A stretch of DNA of 64,000 bases from Candidatus Buchananbacteria bacterium (GCA_041664165.1 JBAYLH010000002.1:9665-73664); one strand, 5' to 3'. Positions 38,242-48,042 are shown, numbered from the stretch's first letter. Notes: generated by a model not told the origin, from the sequence alone. Made by a program: numbers and translations.

Positions 38242-39429
38242 TTATTTTAAAACTTGTTTAATTTTTTCCACTTGGGTCGGCCAGTCGAATTGGCTGGTAA
38301 CTCTTTCTAGGCCTTGGAGTCCCAATCTTTCAGCGTAGGAACGGTCAGACAAAATTTTGATTGCCGCTTGGGCCATTTCATCGATGCTGGCCGGGTCAAT
38401 TAAAATACCGGTTTGGCCATCCAAGACCGCTTCTGGTACTCCCCCGCTTTTGCCGCCGATCACCGGTTTGCCGAATGAATTGGCTTCCAAAAAAACAATG
38501 CCAAAGCCTTCAACGTCGCCGTTAGGCAGCTGTCTTGAAGGCATGGCGAAAACATCGCAATTTTGGTAGAAAGCGGCGGTTTCTTCTTTCTTTTTGGCGC
38601 CTAAAAAAGTCATATAATCGCGCAACTGGTATTGATTGACTAAATTTTCCAAAGTTTGCCGGTATGGTCCATCGCCGATAATGACGTACATTACCGCTGG
38701 CAGCTGTTTAATTATCTGGGGTAAAGCTTTAATCACCAAGTCGTGGCCTTTTCTTTCGACCAGCCGGCCGACGCTTAAAATAATTTTTTTGCCATCAAAA
38801 TGGTAGCGGTGAAAAATTTCATCGGCTTTCCAACTGGAGCTGGCTGCCGGCGTAATTTCCGGACCCGGATAAACCACGGTAATTTTTTTGGCATCGGCGC
38901 CAAGCCTGACTAATTCGTCGTTAGTCCAGTGGCTATTGGCGATAATGGCGCTGGCACCAGCAATGATTTTTTTCAACAAAGTTTTTTTCCGTAAAAATTT
39001 TTGGGGTAAAGTAAGATCAAGGCCGTGGGCATAAAAAAGATAAGGGATTTTTTTTCTTTTTTGGTAGGCCAAGGCGACGGTGCCAATCGGCAGAACCTGG
39101 CCGACTTGGATTATTTCGATGTTGTGGGTCTTGGCGATTTTAGCCATATACCGGATAATCGACAGCCACTTGATGCTGGCGGCTAATTTAAAAATGCCAA
39201 ATAAACTAGCCGGCCAGACTTGGGGAAAATTGGTAATTAGTTTTTTGCGGATAATGGGAAAATTTTGCTGGCGGTCAAAAGCCTCGGCGCCGGGCTGGTT
39301 TGGCGCCAAAACCACGATTTTATCGGCTGGGAGGTTTTTGCAGACATTGTAATAATAGCTCGCCACGCCGCCGAATCGGGGCGGAAAGTCCAAGGTGATT
39401 AATAAGCTTTTTTTGATTTCTGAAGCCAT
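38242..39429 (-). CDS. glycosyltransferase family 1 (GT4-type)
   Basis: C-terminal GT-B motif EGFGIVFLEA (E-x7-E). Confidence 0.85.
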   Translation of the reverse strand: MASEIKKSLLITLDFPPRFGGVASYYYNVCKNLPADKIVVLAPNQPGAEAFDRQQNFPIIRKKLITNFPQVWPASLFGIFKLAASIKWLSIIRYMAKIAKTHNIEIIQVGQVLPIGTVALAYQKRKKIPYLFYAHGLDLTLPQKFLRKKTLLKKIIAGASAIIANSHWTNDELVRLGADAKKITVVYPGPEITPAASSSWKADEIFHRYHFDGKKIILSVGRLVERKGHDLVIKALPQIIKQLPAVMYVIIGDGPYRQTLENLVNQYQLRDYMTFLGAKKKEETAAFYQNCDVFAMPSRQLPNGDVEGFGIVFLEANSFGKPVIGGKSGGVPEAVLDGQTGILIDPASIDEMAQAAIKILSDRSYAERLGLQGLERVTSQFDWPTQVEKIKQVLK

Positions 39430-39430
39430 A

Positions 39431-40867
39431 TTATTTTTTCAGGCCTTTTTTGGCTAACTCGGTAAATTCTTCCCAGGTAAAACCTTTGAATAAATAAAGG
39501 CTGGCGAAATAGACAATCGCGCCGAAAGGCACGGAAATTAGCAGATTAAAATAGGGTTTGATTGCCAAGATGGCGGCGATCATAACCAGGCACGCCAGCG
39601 TTGATTTAAAAACTATCTTGGACAAATGCCAGTCATTTAGCGGAATAACTTTTCTCACCCACCATAAGTCCATAAAAAGCAAAATGAAATTAGTGATAAA
39701 AAAAGTAATCCCCGCGCCGAGGTAGCTTAAAACCGGAATTAAAATAATATTTAAAACTACGGCCAAGGTGGTAATAATTCCGCGGTTAATCGTCGTAACT
39801 TTCTGCCGGTCGCAGGCATTGAGCAGATAGCCGGTGGGAAAAGCCAAGAAAATAAAAGGAATCGCCAGGCTCATGGCAAAAAAAGTCGGAATGACATCGT
39901 GGTAGCTGGGCCAAATGGTGTCAATAATATCTGGAGCCAAAGCGATAATACCGGCGGCCAGCGGCAAGCTGGCAATGGTTAAATAGCTGAAAGCCTTGTT
40001 AAAAGTTTTGGCCAGCAGTTCTTTGGAATTAACGTAGTAAAAACTGAACGCCGGAAAAATTACCGCGGCAAAAGCCGCCGGAATTACCTGCTGCAGGGCG
40101 TAAACCACTTTGGCCGGTACGGCATAAAATCCGACCGCTTCTTCCGAACTCAGGTAGCCGAGCAAAACCGAATCGGAAGCGTTATAAATTTTGATAAAAA
40201 TGCCGGCCAAGGCAAAAGCCGGGATGATTTTTAAAAAATGCTTAACGACTTTTTTGTCATACCTGGGAGCCAGGGAGAATTTGAGTTTGATTTTCAATAA
40301 ACTTAGAGAAAGCAAAAAATTAAATGAGCTGGCCGCGAGCAAAGCCATTATCAGATAGCGGACTTGGCCGGTGGTTTTTAAAGCGATTAAACCTAAGGTA
40401 AAAATTATCAGCTGAACTAAAATCGTGGCGATACTCTCGTACTTCATGATTTGCCGCGCGCGGAAAATTACCCAAAAAGTCAGGGAAAACGAATCTAAAA
40501 CCATGATGAAGCTGGCTAAAAAAACCAAAACTATGCTTTCGGCTGATTTGGCGGTGAGACTGATGGTAATCAAGGCCGCGCTGAAAGCCAAAACCGCCAA
40601 AGGAATTTTTAAACCGATGATGTTTTTTAAATAAAGATTGGCTTCGGCTTGGCTTTTTGACGCTTCTCGGGTCAAAACCGGCGATAAGCCCAAATCGACA
40701 AAAATTGAAAAAATCGTGGTGAAAGACAAGGCAAAAACATATTGACCCAGCTGGCCGGGAAAAAGACTATTGGAAATAAACCAAAAATAAATAAAAGCCA
40801 GAATTTTCTGGAAGGTTAAGGCGGCGGTGTAATAAGTGGTATTTTTGGTTAAGCTGGCTTTTGGCAT
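39431..40867 (-). CDS. Wzx-like polysaccharide flippase (MOP superfamily)
   Basis: 14-TM 478-aa protein of polysaccharide biosynthesis protein type, in GT cluster. Confidence 0.8.
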   Translation of the reverse strand: MPKASLTKNTTYYTAALTFQKILAFIYFWFISNSLFPGQLGQYVFALSFTTIFSIFVDLGLSPVLTREASKSQAEANLYLKNIIGLKIPLAVLAFSAALITISLTAKSAESIVLVFLASFIMVLDSFSLTFWVIFRARQIMKYESIATILVQLIIFTLGLIALKTTGQVRYLIMALLAASSFNFLLSLSLLKIKLKFSLAPRYDKKVVKHFLKIIPAFALAGIFIKIYNASDSVLLGYLSSEEAVGFYAVPAKVVYALQQVIPAAFAAVIFPAFSFYYVNSKELLAKTFNKAFSYLTIASLPLAAGIIALAPDIIDTIWPSYHDVIPTFFAMSLAIPFIFLAFPTGYLLNACDRQKVTTINRGIITTLAVVLNIILIPVLSYLGAGITFFITNFILLFMDLWWVRKVIPLNDWHLSKIVFKSTLACLVMIAAILAIKPYFNLLISVPFGAIVYFASLYLFKGFTWEEFTELAKKGLKK

Positions 40868-41007
40868 ACCCCGTAGTATAATTTTGACATTAAAATTGCA
40901 TCTTTATTATTTTTTATCAATATTTCCCGTATGGACTTTATTACTGGAGATAAATTAGTCAAAATTTCACTACGGGGCATGGTTTAATTATACTGAATTT
41001 TGGCGAT

Positions 41008-41056
41008 AAAAAAAAGCCCTTTCGCCAGACTTCCGGTTAGAAATCTTTTGAAAGGG
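41008..41056 (-). terminator. rho-independent terminator (minus strand)
   Basis: On minus strand: CCCTTTC...GAAAGGG hairpin then T9. Confidence 0.5.
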
Positions 41057-41068
41057 TTAAGCTCGGTC

Positions 41069-41224
41069 TAACCCGCGATGGGCCAAAACCAAGCATTCAC
41101 GAAGGCACCATGCAGCCACTGGGTGAAGTTGCCGGCGCTGACAAACATTGACAGTCCTCCGTCCAGAATACCCCACCAGAGGTTTTGGAAAAAGCCGAGG
41201 AAAAAGTATGTCAATATGTCCATG
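41069..41224 (-). CDS. small Trp-rich hydrophobic peptide (51 aa) not in ORF track
   Basis: AAAGGAGGTGA SD 7 nt before ATG; MDILTYFFLGFFQNLWWGILDGG...; co-oriented immediately after propeller gene. Confidence 0.45.
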
Positions 41225-41261
41225 ATTAATTCACCTCCTTTGAAGGAACGTTATTTCAGTA

Positions 41262-42677
41262 TTACCGCCGAATAAGCCAGGCTGGATCAAAACGGCAGTA
41301 AACAACTTGGTAGTTGTCGGTTTGACTGCGGACATAGGCGATGTGGGCATTACCGGAGACATCCGTAGTGATGGCGGGCGGAAAAGTGCCTAACTCGCCG
41401 ATTGCGTCGCCTTCCCAGGAATCCAGTTTTACAGCCTGCCATTCGCCGTTCAAGTTGGTGGCATAGTAGAGGTAGTAGTCATAGCCGCCGTCGTTTTTGT
41501 CAACGCAGATTTCAAAGGCGAGATGCAGGTAGCCGGCGGCGTCAAGGACAATTCCGTCGCGGTCAAAGCGCGGCGTGAAAGTAATCCCTTCCAACATGGC
41601 GGCAAAGATCTTGTCGTCGATCCAGATACCGCCAATCCGCGAGGCCAGTCCTCCGTCGTGGAGGATGTAAAGCTGGTCTTGCGAACCCATGACGGCAGCA
41701 GTTTTGGAATAGCTGGTAATCGCGTCAATCGTCTGGATATCCCAGGTATCGGGTTTTTCTGTCGCCAGTCGGACGTAGCCGTTGCCGGAATAAACGATGT
41801 TTGTTTTTCCGGCGGAGTCAATCATGATTGACGTCCCGACCCAATAGACGCTGCCGCCATCGACTTCTTCCGAGAGCCAACTACCGGAGGCATTGGTGGC
41901 ATAGCGCAGGTTATCGCCGCTCCACTGCCAATAAGACAGATGAGGCTTATTAGCCGCATCAATGGCAATATCGCATTCCAGTCCGGAGCTGGGGCTTCGG
42001 TCAATGTCTTGGTCGGTCCAGTGGCCGGTAACATTTGTGGCATAGACGACGTTTTCGCCCGCGCCGTTGCCGCCGGTGGCGCAGATGTGGACTTTGTCGT
42101 TATTGTCTATCGCGATGGCGCTATAAGTGCCGAAGGCGTAGTTGACCCAATCCTTTTTCATCTGCCATTTGCCGGAAGCGTTGGTGGCGTAGGCCAGGTG
42201 GCGGAGATAAGAACCGTCGTTATCCGATAGCCGGTAAACCAGATGAACCTTGCCTTGACTATCCGTGGCAATGGCCGTGTCTTCGCGGAAGTTACCGGCC
42301 TCGTCGATTAAGACTGCCGTCAGGCCGCAAGGCAAGGTGATTTCCTGGACGGCCAAGTCGGTCAGTTCTTGCGAAACAAAGACGGCGATAACATTTTGGT
42401 TTTTGGTCATCGCGACGGTGGTCGGGTTGGCGTAGTTATCACTAATTTCGCCCTCCCAATGGTCAAAAACCCAATCAGTTGCCGCTTGCGCCGTCGCCGT
42501 CAAAGTAACAACGGTGCCGGCAGCGTAGAAGCTTTGGTTAGGACTAGCCTGAGCCGTACCACTGTCGGCCGGATTGACGCTCAAAGTGAGCATGTAGGTT
42601 TTGGGCGGTGGACAGCCCAGGTTCATCAGTGCTGCCAGGATGACGATTAACGCGGAACTTAACAGATTTTTATTCAT
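41262..42677 (-). CDS. lipoprotein with Listeria-Bacteroides (Flg_new-like) repeat and YATN beta-propeller repeats, GC-rich
   Basis: Lipobox LMNLGC; GTVVTLTA...WVFDHWEGE module; four YATNxxGxW blades; GGGAGAGG SD before MNKN start. Confidence 0.65.
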   Translation of the reverse strand: MNKNLLSSALIVILAALMNLGCPPPKTYMLTLSVNPADSGTAQASPNQSFYAAGTVVTLTATAQAATDWVFDHWEGEISDNYANPTTVAMTKNQNVIAVFVSQELTDLAVQEITLPCGLTAVLIDEAGNFREDTAIATDSQGKVHLVYRLSDNDGSYLRHLAYATNASGKWQMKKDWVNYAFGTYSAIAIDNNDKVHICATGGNGAGENVVYATNVTGHWTDQDIDRSPSSGLECDIAIDAANKPHLSYWQWSGDNLRYATNASGSWLSEEVDGGSVYWVGTSIMIDSAGKTNIVYSGNGYVRLATEKPDTWDIQTIDAITSYSKTAAVMGSQDQLYILHDGGLASRIGGIWIDDKIFAAMLEGITFTPRFDRDGIVLDAAGYLHLAFEICVDKNDGGYDYYLYYATNLNGEWQAVKLDSWEGDAIGELGTFPPAITTDVSGNAHIAYVRSQTDNYQVVYCRFDPAWLIRR

Positions 42678-42954
42678 TTCTGCCTCTCCCATGTTTAGCC
42701 GTTATGGCTTATCGAAGTCAAAGAGCGCCAGTAATTCTGGTCTTTTAGGCTTAGCACCGAAAGGTAATTTTGTCAATCTGGTTCTAGATCCTGGTTTTAG
42801 TCACGAAATTGGATCTGAATCAGGAAATTATTTCATAGGTTATTTTAGGTAATAATTTGTTGCTTGCTGCGCCGGATCTGAGCCGCCGGACTAAAGTCCG
42901 GCTTGCGGTGGCTTGGCTGTTGAATGGTTGAAAAGGAAAAAATCTCGGCCACGG

Positions 42955-42995
42955 AGAGCAGTGGCAAATTGGATTTCTGAAATCTGAAAGGAGTA
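42955..42995 (+). promoter_or_regulatory. operator-like palindrome GATTTCtGAAATC adjacent to SD of 43000 gene
   Basis: Perfect 6-bp inverted repeat with 1-nt spacer directly upstream of AAAGGAG. Confidence 0.35.
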
Positions 42996-42999
42996 ACGC

Positions 43000-43665
43000 A
43001 TGGACGGAGGAGGTATTGCTTCTTGGTTCCTTGAACAAGGTCGTAGGCATCCCTACGGAGCGGTTGCTGACAAGCAGATTGCGCGTCTGCGCGAGCGGCT
43101 CGGCGAACTCGTCGCAAGGGGCAAGGTCGCCCAAGAGCAGGTTGATGCGATTATCGCCTGCTTGAAATCCAAGCGCGAGGCGGCAGTTGACGCGGTTATG
43201 GCTGCGTCAATTCCTGATGGCCACTTGCCGCTACTGGCTGTTGTCAGTAAGGAATCCTTGGCTGTCAGCATCCAGATGCCGATGGTCAAGCATGGCGATG
43301 AGATCGGTGTCAGTCATCTGACCGACGACAATTTCACCGACGGGATTGGCTCACGCAAAGATATTGCCTGGTGGGCCATCGATGTCGAAAACGGCAAGCA
43401 GTTTTGCGATGGCAAAACCTCGTCGAAAGACGATGAAGCCATCATTACACAACAAGGCCGCATTTGTTGCGTGGTAGCCGAAGCTATTGCGTTGGGCATT
43501 CACGACAACGTATTGGAACACCATAACGTGTTAGCACCCGGATCGCGGTACAATAACGAGGTGCCCGACCTGTGTCTAGACGACGTCAGGCCAGCGATTA
43601 GCTGCTACCTTTTCGGATATGCCATTGTCAAGTGGGGCACGGCGTCGTTGAGAAAGCGGGTCTAA
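43000..43665 (+). CDS. orphan hypothetical protein (221 aa), GC-rich foreign composition
   Basis: AAAGGAG SD; no recognised motif; terminator directly downstream. Confidence 0.55.
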   Translation: MDGGGIASWFLEQGRRHPYGAVADKQIARLRERLGELVARGKVAQEQVDAIIACLKSKREAAVDAVMAASIPDGHLPLLAVVSKESLAVSIQMPMVKHGDEIGVSHLTDDNFTDGIGSRKDIAWWAIDVENGKQFCDGKTSSKDDEAIITQQGRICCVVAEAIALGIHDNVLEHHNVLAPGSRYNNEVPDLCLDDVRPAISCYLFGYAIVKWGTASLRKRV

Positions 43666-43686
43666 CATCGTTCTTTCTGTTTTCTC

Positions 43687-43732
43687 GAGGGGTGGATCGC
43701 TATCATGTGCGAAATACCCCTCTTCTTTTTTT
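43687..43732 (+). terminator. rho-independent terminator
   Basis: GAGGGG...CCCCTC stem followed by T10. Confidence 0.6.
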
Positions 43733-43857
43733 ATGAAAATATTGATTTACAATCGAAATTGCAGTTTTTTTGGCTATCAGGCTAATACAAAAAAACCGCC
43801 AGTAAGTCGGCTCGGCGGTCAACACAAGTGTTGGTCTCCAGCTTGGTTGGCGGAGAA

Positions 43858-43923
43858 CCCGCTTCGACTCACGTTAAGCGGGCGGTTGAATCGAGGCGAG
43901 CCCGCTTCGACTCACGTTAAGCG
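43858..43923. repeat. two 23-nt perfect direct repeats CCCGCTTCGACTCACGTTAAGCG separated by 20 nt
   Basis: Units at 43858-43880 and 43901-43923; each can fold as CCCGCTT/AAGCGGG hairpin. Confidence 0.6.
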
Positions 43924-43998
43924 AGGTGAACAAAACTTGTTTTTGTAATATTAGCCTTGGCGCTAGCGCAAATGTTGGTTTCCGCCAGACGGTGTATT

Positions 43999-44463
43999 TT
44001 AGCGGTTCAGGTTCCAAATTGTATAGGTTAGATAAGCGGCAAAGCTGACCCAGCCGGCATAAGGTAAAAGCAAAATGGCGGCGGCGAGCGAAAACGGCCA
44101 GATTAAAATAACCAAAGCGATGACGGATAGTCCCAAAAGTCCGGCTTCAAAAGCAGCCGGGCCGAGCAGGTGTAAGCCGAAAAATAAATAACTCCAGAAA
44201 ATATTTAGGCCGCCGTTAATAGCGAACAAAATAATTATCAGCCAGAAATTTTTTTGGTCGAAATGCCGGTTCCAGACGATTAAAACGGAAATCATGGTCA
44301 AGATAAAAATGACGGTCCAAACCGTGCCAATGACTGATCCGGCCGGCGTGTAGCTGGGGAGCTTGATTTTGCTATACCATCCCAGGCCGCCATTAGTGAT
44401 AAAACTGCCCCAGGCGCCAACGGCAAAAACCGCCAAGGGAATGAGCAGGTAGTTTAGTTTCAT
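43999..44463 (-). CDS. tspO: TspO/MBR tryptophan-rich sensory protein
   Basis: 5-TM, Trp-rich, family-typical size 154 aa. Confidence 0.8.
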   Translation of the reverse strand: MKLNYLLIPLAVFAVGAWGSFITNGGLGWYSKIKLPSYTPAGSVIGTVWTVIFILTMISVLIVWNRHFDQKNFWLIIILFAINGGLNIFWSYLFFGLHLLGPAAFEAGLLGLSVIALVILIWPFSLAAAILLLPYAGWVSFAAYLTYTIWNLNR

Positions 44464-44467
44464 ATTT

Positions 44468-44698
44468 TTAAAAATAAAGCGAGAGGCCTAAAATCGCGTG
44501 AGCCAACCCGACGATAATGGAAATCCGCGCCAGCCAAATATGAGCTTTAAGCGGAATTTTTTTGCCTTTTAAAATCAGCATTCCCAGTATCGCCACGGTG
44601 ATAAAAAGTAAAAGAGTAACGAAACCGCCATACATAATCAGCGGTTTGCCTAAAATCGGATAGAAAGCGATTTGTCTGAGCATAGGGTTATTTGACAA
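44468..44698 (-). CDS. small membrane protein
   Basis: 76 aa, 2 TM. Confidence 0.4.
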   Translation of the reverse strand: MSNNPMLRQIAFYPILGKPLIMYGGFVTLLLFITVAILGMLILKGKKIPLKAHIWLARISIIVGLAHAILGLSLYF

Positions 44699-45098
44699 TT
44701 ACGGTGCCAGTCATTGAAGGATGAAGTCGGCAGTGATAGTTAATCGTTTCTTTGTCGTTGAATTTAATCTTGGCGGTTTTGCCGGGATCAATATCGCCGG
44801 TATCAATCCGGTTATCAATCGTAACCGCATGGGCAGTCTGGTCGGAATTAGTCCATTGAACCGTATCGCCGGCGTTGATTTCAATTGTTTGCGGCTGAAA
44901 GGAAAAATTAGTGATATTAACTTCAACTTGCTTCGGCGCGATATTGGTATTGGCGTTTGCATTTCCTGCCGGCGTATTGGTATTGGCTGCGGGCGGCGTT
45001 GCGACTGAGCCGCAGCCGGCCAGCAGCAATGGGATAGACGCGACGGTGAGCAAGATTTTGATTTTTTTCATAAGTTTATAATTGTTATTTACAGACAT
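44688..45098 (-). CDS. cupredoxin (plastocyanin/amicyanin-like blue copper) lipoprotein
   Basis: Lipobox LLAGC; type-1 Cu ligands H...C-x2-H-x4-M (HAV...HCRLHPSM). Confidence 0.75.
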   Translation of the reverse strand: MSVNNNYKLMKKIKILLTVASIPLLLAGCGSVATPPAANTNTPAGNANANTNIAPKQVEVNITNFSFQPQTIEINAGDTVQWTNSDQTAHAVTIDNRIDTGDIDPGKTAKIKFNDKETINYHCRLHPSMTGTVIVK

Positions 45099-45651
45099 GA
45101 TAATTTACCCCGGCATCGCCGCTAAAGCAATTGACCGCCTGGCAGGTTTTACCCGCTGAGCAATCGCTATCAGCCGTGCAGGTTTGGTAAGTAACGGTTG
45201 ACGGCGGGTTGGTACCGCAGGAGTTGCCGCCTTCCGGAGTCGGACCGCAAGGCGTTTCGACGCAGGTAACTTCAGTTTTTGCCCTTTGGCTTTTTTGGCA
45301 TTCGCCGCGAAAATAGGCCCATTCGTCGCATTTACTACCATCGGCAAAAACGCAGACTCCGGATTGGCTGCCATCATCAGCAGTCACGATCTGCGAATTG
45401 CCGCCATGATCTTTGCAGTAAACTGAGGCGGGATTAGCCAAGCCAGCGTTAGTATTAGTATCAATATTAGTGTTTTGGTCGGCTGTTGCCCCCGGGCAAG
45501 GCGTAGTCGGTTGACTGGCATCAGGGTGGCCATGTTTAACCCACTCGCCGCTAACGCAAATCCAGGTGTCCTCGCTGCCACGGATAAATAATAAAGCGCC
45601 GGCTAAAACCAGTAAAACAACAATCGCGATTAAAATATAGCTTTTTTTCAT
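45085..45651 (-). CDS. secreted Cys-rich protein with DUF333-like module
   Basis: NPASVYC..GG....DGS..GVCVF.DGSKCDEWAYFRGEC pattern. Confidence 0.55.
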   Translation of the reverse strand: MKKSYILIAIVVLLVLAGALLFIRGSEDTWICVSGEWVKHGHPDASQPTTPCPGATADQNTNIDTNTNAGLANPASVYCKDHGGNSQIVTADDGSQSGVCVFADGSKCDEWAYFRGECQKSQRAKTEVTCVETPCGPTPEGGNSCGTNPPSTVTYQTCTADSDCSAGKTCQAVNCFSGDAGVNYHVCK

Positions 45652-45692
45652 AAAATTACTAAATTAAATATTAAACGGTGTCTATATAGGTG

Positions 45693-46706
45693 TTATTTAT
45701 TTTCCCTTAATTCTCCGGCTAATTGCCCGCAAGCGCCTTTAATATCGCTGCCGAATTTGTACCGCTGAAAAACCGTCACTCCGGCTTTCTCTAAAGTCAT
45801 TTTAAACTCTTTTATCGTTTTCGGCAAAGAGCCTTGAAACCTTTCAGTTTGGTTATAAGCAATCAAATTGACAAAATAAAGATGAGGCAGATATTTTTTT
45901 AAAATCAAAGCCAGTTCTTTGGCCTGTGCCGGTGAATCGTTGATGCCTTTTAACATCACGTATTCAATCATTAATTTGCGCTTGGTTTTTTTAAGGTATT
46001 CACCGGCCGCGGTTAAAACTTCGCTTAGCGGATATTTTTGGTTAATCGGCATTAAGCGCGAACGCAAAGTGTCGCTTGGCGAATGAATTGAAATGGCTAA
46101 GTTAATCTGCAAGGGGAAATCCGCTAATTTTTTTATCCCCTCGGTAATGCCGACGGTGGAAACCGAAATATGCCTGGCGCCGATACTGAATTTAGTCTGG
46201 TCATTAATAATTTTTATCGCTTTAGCTACCTCGTCAAAGTTTAAAAGCGGTTCGCCCATGCCCATAAAGACAATATTAGAAACTTTTTGGTTTTCCGGCT
46301 TCAAAAGCCTTTCAAAAACAAGCACCTGTTCGCAAATTTCATCAGCCGTTAAATTGCGCTTAAAGCCCAGCTGGCCGGTGGCGCAAAAATCGCAAGCCAA
46401 AGCGCAGCCAACTTGGCAAGAAACGCAAACCGTGTTGCGCGTGCCATGGCGCATTAAAACCGTTTCCGTGATTTCGCCGTCAGCTAAAGTGATCGCCGCT
46501 TTAATCGTGCTATTATCTGCCGATTTAAAAATTTTAGTTTTAATTTCCAAAGAACATTCTTTTTTTAAAAGATCGCGCAAGTCTTTGGGCAGGCTGCTGG
46601 CTTCATCCCAGGTCTCAATGAACTGGCTAAAAATCGCCTCGTTGATTTGTTTAAGGCGAAATTTCGGCTGCCGCTTTAAAATGTCTTCTAACTTTGTCAG
46701 GTTCAT
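45693..46706 (-). CDS. rlmN: 23S rRNA/tRNA m2A methyltransferase (radical SAM)
   Basis: CALACDFCATG radical-SAM cluster; family-typical length. Confidence 0.85.
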   Translation of the reverse strand: MNLTKLEDILKRQPKFRLKQINEAIFSQFIETWDEASSLPKDLRDLLKKECSLEIKTKIFKSADNSTIKAAITLADGEITETVLMRHGTRNTVCVSCQVGCALACDFCATGQLGFKRNLTADEICEQVLVFERLLKPENQKVSNIVFMGMGEPLLNFDEVAKAIKIINDQTKFSIGARHISVSTVGITEGIKKLADFPLQINLAISIHSPSDTLRSRLMPINQKYPLSEVLTAAGEYLKKTKRKLMIEYVMLKGINDSPAQAKELALILKKYLPHLYFVNLIAYNQTERFQGSLPKTIKEFKMTLEKAGVTVFQRYKFGSDIKGACGQLAGELRENK

Positions 46707-46717
46707 TTTAAAGAATT

Positions 46718-47197
46718 CTAATTTATAATTTTATGAAGCCACTCCCCTGTTTTTCGCCTGCTTTCTTCCGGGGTCTTCAGCGGCTCATTAAACAAAATTT
46801 CGCCGATAATTTCATTGCCAGCCAATTCTTTTTCTAAATTGGCCGCGGCTTTCCCCGGCGTGCCGCCATGGCATAAAAACAAAGCAATTTTTTTATCTTT
46901 GATTTTATTTTCGGCCAAAAAACTGCGAACCGCCGGCGCGAAAGTAAACGCCCAAACCGGCGTGCCTAAAAAGATCAAGTCATAGTCAGCCGGGTTTTTC
47001 GTTAATGGCAGCAGTTTCGGTTTGACTTTAGTCATCGACTGCCGGCCGCCCCAAAGGATTGTAACTAAATTATGGCCGGCCTTGAAGTCTTTTTCCGGCT
47101 TTAATGCTAAAATTTCCGCCCCGGATTTTTGAGCGATTTGTTCGGCAATAAATTTAGTATTACCCGTTAATGAGTAATAAATTACAATGGCCTTCAT
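46718..47197 (-). CDS. flavodoxin-like fold protein
   Basis: MKAIVIYYSLTGNTKF flavodoxin FMN-binding start. Confidence 0.7.
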   Translation of the reverse strand: MKAIVIYYSLTGNTKFIAEQIAQKSGAEILALKPEKDFKAGHNLVTILWGGRQSMTKVKPKLLPLTKNPADYDLIFLGTPVWAFTFAPAVRSFLAENKIKDKKIALFLCHGGTPGKAAANLEKELAGNEIIGEILFNEPLKTPEESRRKTGEWLHKIIN

Positions 47198-47288
47198 AGT
47201 TTAATTCTAATTACGTTTTGAGATTGTCTCAACTGCCTTTTTATGGTAAAATTTAGTCTTAGATATAACACTTTTAATCTTAGCGTGC

Positions 47289-47990
47289 ATGAGTAAAAAT
47301 TGCAAAAAAATTAAATTATTTCAGTCAATCTGCCTGATTTTTTCGCTTTTGATTTTTTCGTTTCCAATCGCTATAAGTGCTGAGTCGCCGACGTCAACTC
47401 CGACATCAACTCCGGCGCTGCCGACTTTAGCGGAAACTGAAACCGCGGTGCGTTCTTATTTTGCCGATATCCCGGCTATGATTGAAATTGCCAAATGCGA
47501 ATCCGGCTTTCGCCAATTTACGGATAGCGGCGCGCCTTTACGCGGCCATAATTTGTATATCGGTGTTTTTCAAATTGATGAAAAAATTCACGCCAAAGCC
47601 GCTTTAAGTTTAGGTTTTGATATCTACACGCTTGATGGCAACATGGCCTATGCCAAATATTTATCCAGCCAGGCCGGTACTAAGCCCTGGGTCGGCTGTG
47701 TTAAAAATAACGTTTCTGCCAGTTTTAAATTAACGCTCAATTTAAAATTAGGCATGACGAATAAGGAAGTTATCACGCTGCAGCAAATGCTCAACCGCGC
47801 CGGTTTCATCATTACCAAATCCGGTCCCGGCTCACCCGGCAGCGAAACTAATTATTTTGGCAGTCTGACCCGGGCGGCTCTTCGGCGCTTCCAATGCGAT
47901 CGAGGCATTGTTTGCAAGGGTACGGAAGCTACCACCGGCTACGGCTTCGTCGGCCCGCGCACCCGGGCGGCATTGTTGCCAGCCTCTTAA
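47289..47990 (+). CDS. secreted protein with C-terminal peptidoglycan-binding (PG_binding_1) domain
   Basis: Signal peptide; C-terminal LQQMLN..G......G.FG..T..AL..FQ. Confidence 0.6.
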   Translation: MSKNCKKIKLFQSICLIFSLLIFSFPIAISAESPTSTPTSTPALPTLAETETAVRSYFADIPAMIEIAKCESGFRQFTDSGAPLRGHNLYIGVFQIDEKIHAKAALSLGFDIYTLDGNMAYAKYLSSQAGTKPWVGCVKNNVSASFKLTLNLKLGMTNKEVITLQQMLNRAGFIITKSGPGSPGSETNYFGSLTRAALRRFQCDRGIVCKGTEATTGYGFVGPRTRAALLPAS

Positions 47991-48042
47991 TTGAATTGAA
48001 TAATTGAATCAAAGGGAAAACCTCGGCGCTAAAGCCGGTTTT

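Noticed and set aside
41450-42650. Multiple 70-120-aa ORFs on both strands inside the propeller gene
   Set aside because: GC-rich sequence yields long spurious frames; the 476-aa lipoprotein frame has SD, lipobox and repeats.
43858-43923. CRISPR array
   Set aside because: Only two 23-nt repeat units with a single 20-nt spacer; no cas genes.
43733-43948. 71-aa + strand ORF over the direct-repeat region
   Set aside because: No SD; spans the repeats and a terminator; more plausibly non-coding.
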